This document shows, in pieces, positions 12,832 to 24,882 of a stretch of 64,000 bases of DNA; the first letter of the stretch is position 1; every line of letters begins with the position of its first letter. Position numbers and translations under genes: made by a program. Below the pieces are notes generated by a model. That model had not been told where the DNA came from. It saw only the letters and a list, made by a program, of their open reading frames with translations, and did not search any database. The DNA is from Tubulanus polymorphus (Eukaryota > Animalia > Nemertea). The stretch spans positions 8,744,230 through 8,808,229 of the forward strand of contig NC_134036.1 in the NCBI RefSeq assembly GCF_964204645.1. The letters run 5' to 3'.

Positions 12832-13705
12832 AAGAGATTTGATGGAGCAATGGCCACCAGCAGTACCAGCAATAGTACCACCAGCACCAGCACCACCACC
12901 ACCGCTATGACAACAGGTAAGTTCTTCACTCCCAATTTACACCCAGTACCTCGGTAATATTGAATATCAAACTAAAATGAATTGGACTCAAATGATAGAT
13001 ATCTAGCAAAAATATACAGGATTTGAAACCACAAACCAGTGAAATAAACACCTCAAACCATTCGGCCTTATTAATTACAGTTCCTTTTAACGACGCTCTT
13101 TATGTTTTAATTTTCACCTGTTTCAGTCGTGAAACTTAAATTGCGCAAACTTCGTTATTTCTTCGATTTCGAGAAAGTTTGACACTGAACGTGGAATCGT
13201 GATCGGGGAGGGAGCCAATATGACGGCGCGTGAATATAGTGGAAACACTGTGAAACTTAAACTTGTCAAAGGGTTCAATAACAGCCAAACTGTTTCTTCA
13301 TCATCGGATTCGCAACTGAATTTACATTTATGGGTCAGAAATGATGGAAATCATGTTAAAAGCTACTCGATTTCTTATTTAGTCCTCGGAAATGATATGG
13401 TAACGATTACTATTAACGAACTCGTGATGTTCTTGCACGTTCCCGGTTATTCTACTTCGTGTGTGATATATCCAATGAGAAAAGTGATGAATGGCTACGA
13501 AATCGATGATAATGTATTCGGCAAGAGGAAATGGGTTTCATTGAGATGCACGAACGGAGATTTGTACCTTAATGATGCGCATTTATCAAGCGGTCGAATG
13601 TTTGCGTCAAATAATGTTAAGATGGATGGTCCGATAATCCGTATTCAAACAACCATAAATGACGAAGCTGTGATTGATAACCTGGCAGTAGAATTTTGGT
13701 ATTAA
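12832..13705 (+). pseudogene. 3' exons of a host gene: Ser/Thr-rich linker exon (12832-12916) and terminal exon (13127-13705) with a LamG/concanavalin-A-like domain
   Basis: TTTCAG acceptors and a CAG|GTAAG donor. Pattern YFFDFEK..., SYSISY..., W...LYLND...IDNLAV fits LamG-3/pentraxin-like folds. One +1 frameshift near 13175; AATAAA near 13804. Confidence 0.5.
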
Positions 13706-16700
13706 TGAACTTGACAGCAAAGAATATCTACGGGCGGTGTGGCCCCATTTATGAGTAACTGATTAGGATGAATTAACAATTGAACAATATGAACATTTAA
13801 ATCAATAAACGATTTTATCATATTCATCAAAATCAAACGTTTTGCTTTAAATTGAGTACAGTTTTAGATTATGCCTAATTTTAGTTACAAAACGTGACTG
13901 GTTAAGATCATTTGATTATGTAAATTTCATGCAATAAATGTTTATGATAATTATCAAATTGAATGAGTTTTTGGCTTTTTAAATTCGCTCCAGTTTGACA
14001 AATGTTTAGAAAATGAGGAAGTAGCTTCAGGATATACGAACCTGATGAACGTTTTTTCAATTTTTTATTGTTTAGTCGTTGAGTGGTTCGCGTCTGTAGA
14101 AGAGGTTCAGAAATGAACGAACAGTTATGAGTTAAAACCTGATAAAAGGAACGTGGTTTGTATTAGGGAATAATTCAGGTGGAACGAAACTTGCTGAAAT
14201 TAAGCGAAAAACCGATGACATATTTCCGCATTTCTTTTTTGGGTTTTTAGCCTACTTGGTTTTTTTGTCGGGAAGTTTTAAAGACGATTTAATTGATTAT
14301 TGATTACACACTGTATCTACCATATACGAGTCCATAGTTAAAACACTGACCCGATCAAAATCAAAATTGCCGACTGGCGGCAATTGTTCGCCAAAACAGC
14401 GACACTAGACATAATCTATTTCTACCTCGCGTAGATCGGACCGCGGCATCATCTGCTCCTATAAAGTTTACTGGTAAGATGTGAAGGTTACTGAATTTGA
14501 TTTGGAAATTAGACATCGTTGCAAACTTTTCTGAGAAATTCGGATTTAGGTTTAATGTTCATTGAAGCCGCATTGAGGAAACACTGGCAGTTGTAGCGGT
14601 AGATTCCCTTCATACTGATACACCGGTCACAATCCTCTCTTTAATCGTTATCTATAAAATACTTGAGTAACGCCCTGGCGAGAGAACGTGTCCGTGCACA
14701 AATCCGAATGAATAAACTGAAATACCGGATGATAATATTGAAGATAATATATTTTATTTACCTTGAACCTGAGAATGATTTTCCTAATCCCTATTATATG
14801 AATCCCTATCGTTCCGAAGCTTCTCCTATCCTGCTGTCGACACTCGTCTTACTAAGGTACAGATTCTCCCGATTGACTGCACTCTCAAGATGCGGGTCCC
14901 TTTTATAGAAAGAATCGGCATTCTTGAAATACCGACTCTCCCACTCGACTTTTGGCAAGGAGCAGCAACCTTACTGTCATGACTGTTTTGGTCATATAGA
15001 ATTTGGCCTTAATGATTCGCTGATCTAAAATTATTTTCAAAACTGATTTGCTAAACCAACTTTTTCTTCCAACCCTCCTGTCATGACGCGTTGTGATTTA
15101 CTCACTCCTTGCTAGTCGTTGTTGAGAGAGCAGCTATTGTCTGTGAATTACCAACGAGCGCATACAGACAACAGAAACTTCAGACAGCTAGTTTTAACAT
15201 TTAACACAAATTAATTTTTCTAAAACATTAGCGATTATTAACAATTTGTTCTTAAACAACATCTAGATTACTCAAATTAAATATCTTTTCAAAACTTTGT
15301 TTTCTTTTCTAATTACAGTACAAATTCATTGTTTCTTTTTTAAAAATTATTATTAATTGACTACGATTCGGAATACATTGTGATTGATTATCAATTCTTA
15401 AATTATTTGAAATACTTATACTAATTATTTTATCTACAATTTAACTAATTCTATTTTAATACAGGATAAGCAAAACAACCACATCTTCCTAAACTTCCGG
15501 TTTTTCCTTTTACGGAAAGTAGCCGGGAATATCATCAAGTATCAGCGTGATCCCTTCACGAGCCTCATTATAAATACACTCCATTGTTCCGACCCAACCA
15601 AATATAGTTCCAACTATTTAAAAGTTTTATATAAAGATTTTCTGAATGTTTGCCAGATCTCACAGAAGAAGAACCGAGAAAGAATTGTTGTTTATAGACT
15701 GATTTATGGTTTGCGTTGGTAGATGAAAGCATCAAACAAGAACTTTCGTAATTCTTACTACTAGTACGTTCTTGTCTGACGGCTTTAACGTAACCCCCAC
15801 GCATACGGAAACAACATTAAGAACATTTCTAAATACTACGAAACATTTTCAAATACTACGAAAATCTAGCTGTGGATCAACAGTCCCTATCCAGTTTAAA
15901 TTTCGTCCCGAAATTTTGAATTTAAACCAACTCGTGAATATCCCGCTGATACCTCTAGAACAAATCCTGAAAAAGAACATAAGGAAACAATTCATTATAA
16001 CGAGTAACTATTTCTTAGAGTTCGACACTACAACGCATATTAAAGTTCATGATATAGTTTATCATAAAACCGCTTTTAAAGTTCTGGATACCCAACCGGA
16101 AAAAAGTTCATTCGAGACCGCTGTCCCCGCATACTAAACAGTCGAAAGTTAAGCACAAAACAGTTCACAGTTTGAGTTTAGAATTTACCGCGAAGTGACG
16201 CAATAGCTACCAGACACATCAAGGTACGTCATGGACGGACGAATGACGTCATCCACCGCAGTTCCCGCAACTCATACCGCTAAATCGTTCAGTACGGCAA
16301 TCCGCATTCTTTCTTTACTAATACACGCTCACTGGTACACATAGACGTTACAGTTCTATGGTGAATATCGGAGTCTTTCCTCCACAGCTAGTATATAACA
16401 GTAATGCATTCGCATCGTACGGCTTGAGCGAACAACATTCCATCGAATGTTAATGTAACTACACGGGAGCCATCTTGAACACACTCGGCTTTACTCCGCT
16501 AAAATGTCTACGGAAATTATCACTTTTTTCACATTTCGTATCGCATTGGCCAGGTGTCTTTGTCCACCCTTCATCACTTAAGTTTGTGAGTATATAACAG
16601 GTCTTCGAGAGTGACAAACACCACTAACAATGGCCAGAATCGCATGACTAATCATCGAGCATGATTCCATCCCGTTGAAACGGCAACGCCCTAGATCGTT

Positions 16701-17485
16701 GTTGTAGGCTGTATATAGTTGTTCCTTTTTCCTCGTTAATTGACGAATCGGTGAATTAATATCACCCATCTCGGCCAGAGCATACCAGTTGCTGGTTTTT
16801 CAAACTATCAGTTGCATCGAATAGAGTTTCAGGATACCTCCCAACAAGTCCCCATCTCCATATGGTCACTATCAGGGGGGTACCCATCAACATCTATTGC
16901 GGTTGACAGAAGAAGGCATTCTTCCATCGTAGTGCTATCGTATCTTCGGCGGTCTCATTCCAACACATCCGATACGGGTATCCTACAATTAATATCATAA
17001 TAATACAGAGATTATTCAAACATATACGAACAAACAGTATTTATTCAAACAGTATTTGTTTTATTGTCATTATTAACAATAACTTCTTTTTTTTTCTTTT
17101 TCCCCGCAATGATAATTAATGACTTTTCTTTAAACTATCGGAAATTAGTACCGGATACTTTAATAGTCAGGCTAAAGCCGATGTCATGTCAATTACAATC
17201 ATTAATATCAGCAAATTGTCACGATTATCCTTATTTCCGTAACTCATGAACAGGCCATGAGTTCACTCACGAACTAAGTATTATGATACTAAATTTTCAT
17301 ATTTCTTATGTAATGATATCTTAATCACTTACTACTATAAATCAAAACTTTCCGATAATTCAACAGGACATACGCATCCTGATTCAACTATTAATTAGAT
17401 TATACTTACGACTAATAATACAACTAATTCAATTTTGAAACGGAGCGCACCCGGGCGCCCTCGTCATAATATTTAAATTTTAATT

Positions 17486-20103
17486 TCAATACAAATATGG
17501 ATACAGTCTACTGGTATCAGCCAACATAGAATTCCTGGGAATTCCTACCGAATAATCCGGAGGCAACAGCCCATCACCAGGAGGAGCTCTGAGTGCCAGT
17601 ACACCGGGCCCACGTTCAGTCTGGGCCTCATCATCTATTACTACGATCTCGGGCTCCACTGACGAAACTGTCAGCTGAGTCGCTTCTCGTAATTCAGTAC
17701 TAAAAGAACGATACACCGCGACAACCACTACCTTACTCGGAACTGATACTCATCGTGAAAAGACTAACCCGTAGGGGCACCGAGCAAGACATCGGCAGAT
17801 TGTACATCGTTCCTTGCGAACAAGTCAGTTGCTTAGTCTGCCAGGTTAAGTTCAAGCGGGCGACTCCACAAATTACCCGTAATGCAACCTTAGTGAGAGC
17901 TGGAGGTTCAAAACGACATCTCGTTTCACAACCGGACAATGTTAGTAGAGGCAAGTCCAATGTCTGAATTCCATTCTTAAGCCTTATGGCTAGCCTAACC
18001 GGATATTTTCCCGGTGAACAAGGTGCAGGCAAACAGTGTCGGCACCTGTAGCACATAGCACGCAATAAAGGTCTGAACACAATTATAACTATACCTACTA
18101 CAATAACTAAGAACAGGACGACATCGACGCGCACATTTTTAGCCATGACAACTTCCCGAATGACTGTATTATTCCAGCCCCCTCGCTGTAAATCATGAAT
18201 AGCGGGGTGAACAGTCACCATGGCCTCAGCGGTCGGAAGAAGTCCTGCTCCCAGAATTGATAAGGATCCTTGCGACTTAAGTAAAACAAATATCGAGAGC
18301 AACATGCTGCCCGCCGAGAGACCAATAGCAAGCCAAGTGAGCCACCCTGTACCGGTTCCAGACGAAATAACAGGTTCAGAATGATCAAATAAAGCGTCTG
18401 CTTGCGATCGGTACAGTTTAGCGTCAGTTTGCACGGTTCTTGCTAACTTTTTGAAATCCATGCTAAATTTAGTGTCCACCGCAGCCACTTTTGACCAGTT
18501 ATTAGCCTTGAAATCCAGACTAGGCAGCGGTGCGTATGGCGTTCCCTGGAACATTGTTGCTCCAGTAACGTTGGACACTACATTCTTTGAAAAGAAACTA
18601 TGTAGGACCGGTAAATTAACAGCGTGCGCAATGGTCACCGTGTCTTGGTTAATACATTTGTTTATTCTACCGGGCACAAAAAATTTTGATCCACGCAATG
18701 CACATGCACACCCAATTTTTACCAAACAAAAACGACATGCTTTTATTGCTTTTGGTGACTTGCCAGGGCAGGCGAGAGTCCAAAAATCGTCAGTGCCTGA
18801 AACAACAAAGTAGCCATCCCCTACGTCGACTGCCAGTTCGGCCAGGCCCTGGACCTCATACCGTATGTGGCATTATGCTAGCACCTGTGAGGGTTTATCG
18901 AAGAAAAGGCTACTCAGGCATGATTCTACGGTTGCTTCGCGCATGGACACGGCAAGTCATCACATCGGTTCCATGACAAGTAGCAAATATATCGTGACCC
19001 ATTTCAGTGTAGTAACTACCGTCCCTAGTAGCGCCAAAATAAGGGGCTGTACCAACAATCATTGAAGTGTTATAGGACGTTGCGTTTATTGGCACTGGCA
19101 TTAAGACAACCGAGTATAAATCAAAATATGTCTGACTAGATTGCAAGGGGATTTTGATTGATATGTAAACAAATTTATCGGTCTTAGTAAAGCACACATC
19201 CTTAACTATGTAATAATAGCCTACATCCCTATTAGCTATTGAAAACCCAGAATGCATCCTATTTAATTTTTCGGACACATCGTCAAGAACCTTCGAAACC
19301 ATTTTTGGATTAACCAGGGCTCTAGGCAAATATCCCTCCAATAACTTTTCAACCCCCTGCAACCACTCACTGGAAACTGCCGTCAGTCGTTCCACTAGGA
19401 TGATATTTCTTATTGTCATGTCAGACGCTAATGCTAGCATACTCGCATCGACACTTTGCTTTAGCAGTGTCGTTCGAATTGATTCAAGTTCTTTTGAATT
19501 GGCCACGTATGCAGAGGTCAGGCTGCTGATTCGTTTGTCAGTCGCGTTAATAAATGAAGAGAGTGTCCCCTGTATGTGGGTGATTTGATCCGAATTCAAC
19601 TTGACTTTTTTTTCTACTTTTTCGACGTGATTTTCTACTTGCTGAACTTCATCTTCGGTAGCAGTACCGAACAAGGAAGACGAAATCGATCCGATAAATG
19701 AAAGTGGTGCACGTTTGATCCTGCGCCCACTGGCGTGTCGTTTCTTTCGTGAGTCGGTATCTGCAGCATCAGGTATCATTTGTCTCATATCAGCCAATTG
19801 TCCCCTGATATGGGTCAACGTGTCTAACTGTAGGCGATGCGCCTCACGAAACATTTCCAAATAGCCGGAGCAGTGAGAACGAAGTTCTGGCTGGACAAGA
19901 GAACAGCGTAGCCGCAAGCCTTTACTCGGGGGGTCATTAACAACTAGCCATGGTATAGCGAACGTGTGAAACCAGGCACTGTCGCCATTATGGACTCCTC
20001 CAATCCGATGAAAGGCGACACCATAGTTTGGCCTCAAGACCGTCGAGGGCATCAGACAATAGGCCGACGACCATATGGCCACCAAGATTACGACAATTTG
20101 CAT
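17486..20103 (-). pseudogene. env: Envelope class I fusion glycoprotein (baculovirus F/errantivirus-like), frameshifted
   Basis: Signal peptide MQIVVILVAIWSSAYC; furin sites RKKR and RIKR, then fusion peptide APLSFIGSISSSLFGTAT; heptad region; Cys-rich ectodomain; TM segments. Split over ORFs 18910-20124, 17733-18725 and 17486-17728. Confidence 0.88.
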
Positions 20104-20104
20104 C

Positions 20105-20134
20105 CTGAAAAATAGGGATAGCAAGAATCAGTAA
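20105..20134 (-). promoter_or_regulatory. Splice acceptor for a subgenomic env mRNA
   Basis: Minus strand reads TACTGAT (branch-point-like), TCTTGCTATCCCTATTTTTCAG|G ATG, one base before the env ATG. Confidence 0.6.
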
Positions 20135-20149
20135 TCTCGAAACCACGTA

Positions 20150-22358
20150 CTAGTCGTCTCTTTCTCGACGTCTCCTCTTATTTTTACGAGTTTTTCGCTT
20201 CACTTTAGCGGCATGGTCATCCCAATAGGCTCGAATGATTTCAGGAGGCAGGTTTTCGGCTGGCTCAAACGTGTTCTCATTATCGTCATAGCCAACCCAT
20301 TTTATAAGATATTTCAGAATGCCTTTCTCTTTTTTGTGACGAATCACTCGTTCTACGTAATAGATTGGCTCAACCGGATTCGCAGGCTGATTTTGATCGC
20401 CCGGATCATCCGGTGCGAGGACAGGCCCCTCCTCAGGTTGATCCCTGTCCTCCCTGTCAATAGGTGGATTCTCAGGTATGTCGTCCTCAAGCGGCCTAAT
20501 GTCCGTTGAAAAGAAATGCTTCATTCTATTACAATGTACTGGGACGGCCAACTCTTGATTCCTCTCATTCTCCAAAATGAAAGATACAGGAGAAATCTGT
20601 CGGACAATTCGATAAGGGCCCGTCCATTGATGAAGCAATTTCTTACTAAGCCTCTTTATTTTCTTTGGAGTAAATAGCAACACTTGATCACCTACTGCGA
20701 AATTTGGGGGAACGGCAGTCCTGTCGAAACGTTCCTTCATCTTCTCCTGCGCCTTTTTGATATTAGCCTTGGCCAACTTTCTGGCCTCTTTCAACTTTGG
20801 CAACAATGCTTGGACAAAGCCTCCTGCATCAAAGTAAACGTCCCTCGGATTAAGTAAAGCAACGTCCATCGGCAACCTCGGTTCTCGGCCATACATGAGG
20901 TAGAATGGCGAGTATTGCGACGTATCCGAAGCTGGACTTACCCGATATGCAAATAGAATGGGGTAAAGGTATTCGTCCCAATCGGTTTGGCGTTCATTGC
21001 AGTACATGCTCAGAGCCTTGACAATCACAAGATTCATGTGCTCGACTTGTCCCTGAGTTTGTGGTCTATACGCACTGGACCGTGCCCGTGGCGTATTACA
21101 TAGCCGCGAAACCTCGCTGACTAATTTACTCAGGAAATTTGTTCCGCGATCGCTCTGCAAGACAGAGGGCGCCCCATGGCGACAAATGATTTGTTCAAAG
21201 AAGATCGTAGCGACCGTCGTGGCTTCTTGATTAGGCATAGCAAAAGCTTCAACCCACTTTGTAAGATAGTCGACAAAGACCAATATGTATTTATTTCCCG
21301 AGTCCGTTGTTGGAAAAGGACCACAGACATCCATTGAGACTCTATCCCACGGCCCTGTGACAGCTATGGGGTTAACCGGGGCCCTAATGGGCTTCCCTGG
21401 CTGATTCTTAGTCGCACAGTCCTTACAGGATTTAATCCAATTTTCAACGTCTCGATACATACCATGCCAGTAATACCTTGCTCGCAAGGTTTCGTAGGTC
21501 CGTTTGTGACCCAAGTGACCGCCAGTCATTGAATCATGACCAGCCTCTAACATTTCCGCATACATTCTTTTAGGTATGACCAACTGACGAGGCCCATCAG
21601 CCTCAATTTTCTTTTTAGAGTCTACATGGTAAAGAACTCCATCATCATTAATAAAGAAGTAGTCCGACTGCAAGATAATTCGCCGGGCTGCCTTGTCATC
21701 ATCCGGCAAGGTACCATCAAGTAAATAGTCTAGAAGACACACTAATTGTAAATCAGACCGCTGGAGCTCGCCCATGTTGACGGGCACAGGCCGCTCATTG
21801 TCAGCCTCGAGAGTACACGTGTCGATAGTGTCTTCCATACTATCAGAAATGGGATACGGGCGACGAGAGAGCCCATCGGCGTTCCCGTTTGCCTTGCCTG
21901 GACGATGCGATATGGAGTAGTCAAATTGCTCTAAGTGGAGTGCTATACGGCCAACACGACCCGAAAGTGTTTTCATGGTCTGAAGATACCGTAAGCAACT
22001 GTGGTCTGTGATAATCTCAAAATGATATCCCCGTAAGTAGGGTTCAAACTTTTTGACTCCTGCTGCAACAGCTAAGAGTTCACGGTCCGTTGTAGAATAA
22101 TTTTTCTCCGCTTTATTCAATCCTCGCCCCGCATATGCAATTGCTCTTTCTTGCCCATCCTGGACCTGCGCCAGTACCATGCCGATACCTTCATCGGAGG
22201 CATCAGTATATAATAACAATGGCGAGGCCCCATAAATGGGAAAGGCCAAAACTGGGGCTTCGAGCATAGCTTGCTTAAGGGTGTCAAAAGCCTGCTAACA
22301 GGAAGCATCCCATGTATACGCCACGCCTTTCTTAGTCAACTGGTGTAAAGGGGCGGCA
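20150..22358 (-). CDS. pol: Pol C-terminal part: RT connection, RNase H, integrase (HHCC, DDE), chromodomain; 5'-truncated
   Basis: AAPLHQLTKK; LYTDASD; H..GH...CKDC; SMDVCGP/QSDRG/VEHMN; YYVERVIRH...YLIKWVGY...NTFEPAENL. One stop near 22297. Confidence 0.95.
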
Positions 22359-22360
22359 TT

Positions 22361-23153
22361 TATAATACATATTTTTATCAAAATTTGATTAACACGTTAG
22401 AATTCTTTTCATTATCTCGTTCTCTTTTGTTTCTTCTCTTTTAAATTTTAAGTATTCATCTAAATTACAACCATATGCAACTGTATGAATTCCATCATCT
22501 AAAATATATCTTTTATCATCAAATGGGTTTAGACTTATCTTTTCAATTTCTTCAATGAACATTTCATGATCTTCAGATCTTAAACATCTCATTTTATGTT
22601 TTCTAACTTCTTCATTGAATATACAATTGATGTAATCTTTGAAATGAATATTCTTTTCTACTACACTTTTGGTTATTCCTTTTAACTTTTTAGCTTCATG
22701 TTCTTTAGTTTTATATGAATACATTTTAGATCTAATACCGATGAACTCTATCATTTCTTCACCACCTAATTCATCTTTGAATTTACCGGGAACTTTGTAA
22801 TTATCATTGCTAAACAATTAATGATTTTTAGGATAATTACTAAAATCAAAATGATGTTTTAATGTTTTTAAATCATCGGTTATGTTATCAGTTTTAATCT
22901 TTAATATGTAACTGTCAGTATCAAAATATAATATTTCTATATGTTTTTCTCCAAAAAGTGGTTGTAAAACATTATAATAGAACTCATACATTAGTAATTT
23001 TGATAATTCTAAAACTGAAGCGCCAACATAGATTGGTTTATTAAATTTCATTGATGTTCTTCTCATCTTAACTGCAGCAAAATTTTCATCAAATATTCTG
23101 TTACCAATGAACTTAGGATATGTTTGTAAATGTCTTATCCTTTTACCATTACT
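22361..23153 (-). pseudogene. C-terminal pPolB fragment of a sibling Polinton copy
   Basis: Close but non-identical copy of ~36530-37320 (YFDTDS, GKFKDE, DDKR), with a nonsense codon at 22818. Confidence 0.93.
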
Positions 23154-23613
23154 AGTAATAGGGATAATAGGCTTTCAAGCCAAAGGTCGAACGGTCGAGC
23201 TCGTAAAAAATGAAAAACATAAAAATAATTACAATTTCTACTTGAATTACTCGCGAAACTCATAAAAATGAAAAATAAATTCTCACACGCTCGAATTTAT
23301 TTTTCATTTTATGAGTTTCACTCCTAATTCAAGTAGAAATTGTAATTATTTTTATGTTTTTCATTTTTACTCACCCGCCCGTTCAACCTTTAGCTTGAAA
23401 GCCTATTATCCCTATTACTCTTAAAATATTCACATAAATGAATAACATTTAAATCATTGAACTTCTAAAATCAATTTTAATAAAAAATATAGTATTAAAA
23501 TGGAAGCAAATAAGTACTACTGCCCAACATGTAATATCGATATAGATAAATCCCAAAAAGCAAGACACAATAAAACTAGAACACATTTAGAGAATAAATT
23601 GAAACTAGAGTAT
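23154..23613 (+). repeat. Left terminal inverted repeat; outer 266 bp (23154-23419) is itself a palindrome
   Basis: AGTAATAGGGATAATAGGCTTTCAAGC...GCTTGAAAGCCTATTATCCCTATTACT. 23400-23613 is the reverse complement of 40463-40675. Confidence 0.92.
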
Positions 23614-23760
23614 TCAGAACAGTTAACAAAAGGAAAGAAATTTATTGAATTATGGAACACTGATCCAAATAATGAACAATACGTTGAGGATACGATGTTT
23701 ATACTAGAAAATGATTCTATTTTAGCCTATATACATTCAATGTACAGAGCTATAGAATAA
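23500..23760 (+). CDS. Small zinc-finger ORF starting inside the TIR (shares its first ~38 aa with pPolB)
   Basis: MEANKYYCPTC...H...H matches the pPolB N-terminus; tail KKFIELWN..NEQYVE matches the HNH ORF tail. Confidence 0.55.
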   Translation: MEANKYYCPTCNIDIDKSQKARHNKTRTHLENKLKLEYSEQLTKGKKFIELWNTDPNNEQYVEDTMFILENDSILAYIHSMYRAIE

Positions 23761-24409
23761 ATCTATAAATTCACAGCTGTTACAGTTGTTACTATAACGA
23801 CGAGACATTATGACACGTCATAATCAGAAACGTGTAGAATATTCTAGAACCGGAACTAGATGACGTGGCATAATCAACGACGTGTTCATTCTAGAAATCA
23901 CCCCGGAAATGGACATACGCTGTAATATTGTGCTCAGGATATTCTATCTTTCGAAACGAAATTAGGAGTTTATAGTTTACAATTATAAATCTAAATGTAA
24001 GTACTGTTTGTTGTAGTTATTAAGGCTATTAAATACGAAACCTTTAGATATATTTAAGTGTATTTAGTATATATTTTAGATGGTTAGAGTTACCGCTAAT
24101 ATCTTTTAGATTAATAAAAAGTCATACGCATCAAGAAGCGATAGAGAAACTCAAGATACTCTTTCTGACTGAGGAATCAACAGCAATGGATATCGAACCA
24201 ATAGAATCACCAAAAGATCGAAGAAGAAATATAATAATTTCAAAAACATTAAGACTCCAATGATTAAGTTTAACATTTGTTAATGTAGTTAAATATTTAC
24301 CAGCAATTGAAAAAATGTTTGTTATTATAAATTGTATTTATAGAAATCAAATGATGTATTAGAAGAAATGACTGAACAACTTGTATAATATATTGTGTAA
24401 ATCTGATTT

Positions 24410-24750
24410 GTGAATTTTTATGTTCAGTCGTTTCTATTATGTTTAACGCATGCGCATTAATCAAAAACGATCCTATAAAAGCGGTTTTGCCTAGTGCGCA
24501 TGCGTTTGAATTTTCTATGTTCAGTTGTTTCTATTTTAAAGAATTTACAGAATGAATATATAATTATAATTAGCGCATGCGCATTAAGCAAAAACGCGCC
24601 TAATAGAGCGGTTTTGCCTAGTGCGAACACGTTTTGATATTTTATGTTGGTCGTTTCTATTTTACAGAATTTATAGAATGAATATATAATTAGGATTAAC
24701 GCATGCGCAGAAGCCAACTCGCTCTCACCCGAGCGTTTTTGCCCAGTGGT
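24410..24750. promoter_or_regulatory. ~130-bp imperfect tandem repeat with (G)CGCATGCG(C) palindromes (NRF-1-like sites)
   Basis: CGCATGCG at ~24447, ~24497, ~24574 and ~24700 in a gene-free segment. Confidence 0.45.
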
Positions 24751-24882
24751 ATTATTTAGATATCAAGGAATTGAAACTGACTTATCAAAAGCAGCGAGGA
24801 ATGAAAAAGGATAACGTTGGTCGAAGAAATGGAAGAGGATTATAAATTATTAACCAATTTAGTAAAAAAATACGTATAATAA

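Larger units (their letters stand above)
14592..22360 (-). mobile_element. 3' half of an env-bearing Gypsy/Metaviridae-type LTR retroelement
   Basis: RNase H-integrase-chromodomain followed by env. Putative 3' LTR ends ...ACCGCTACA at 14592, with minus-strand TATAAAA (~14907) and AATAAA (~14757). Left boundary is tentative. Confidence 0.8.

Noticed and set aside
14592-14600. TGTAGCGGT matching ACCGCTACA at 63614-63622 as ends of one giant element
   Set aside because: Only 9 bp match; explained by the common LTR terminal motif of separate elements.
15186-15255. Similarity to 43596-43665 as a possible LTR pair
   Set aside because: Short diverged dispersed repeat, with no LTR hallmarks at the second site.
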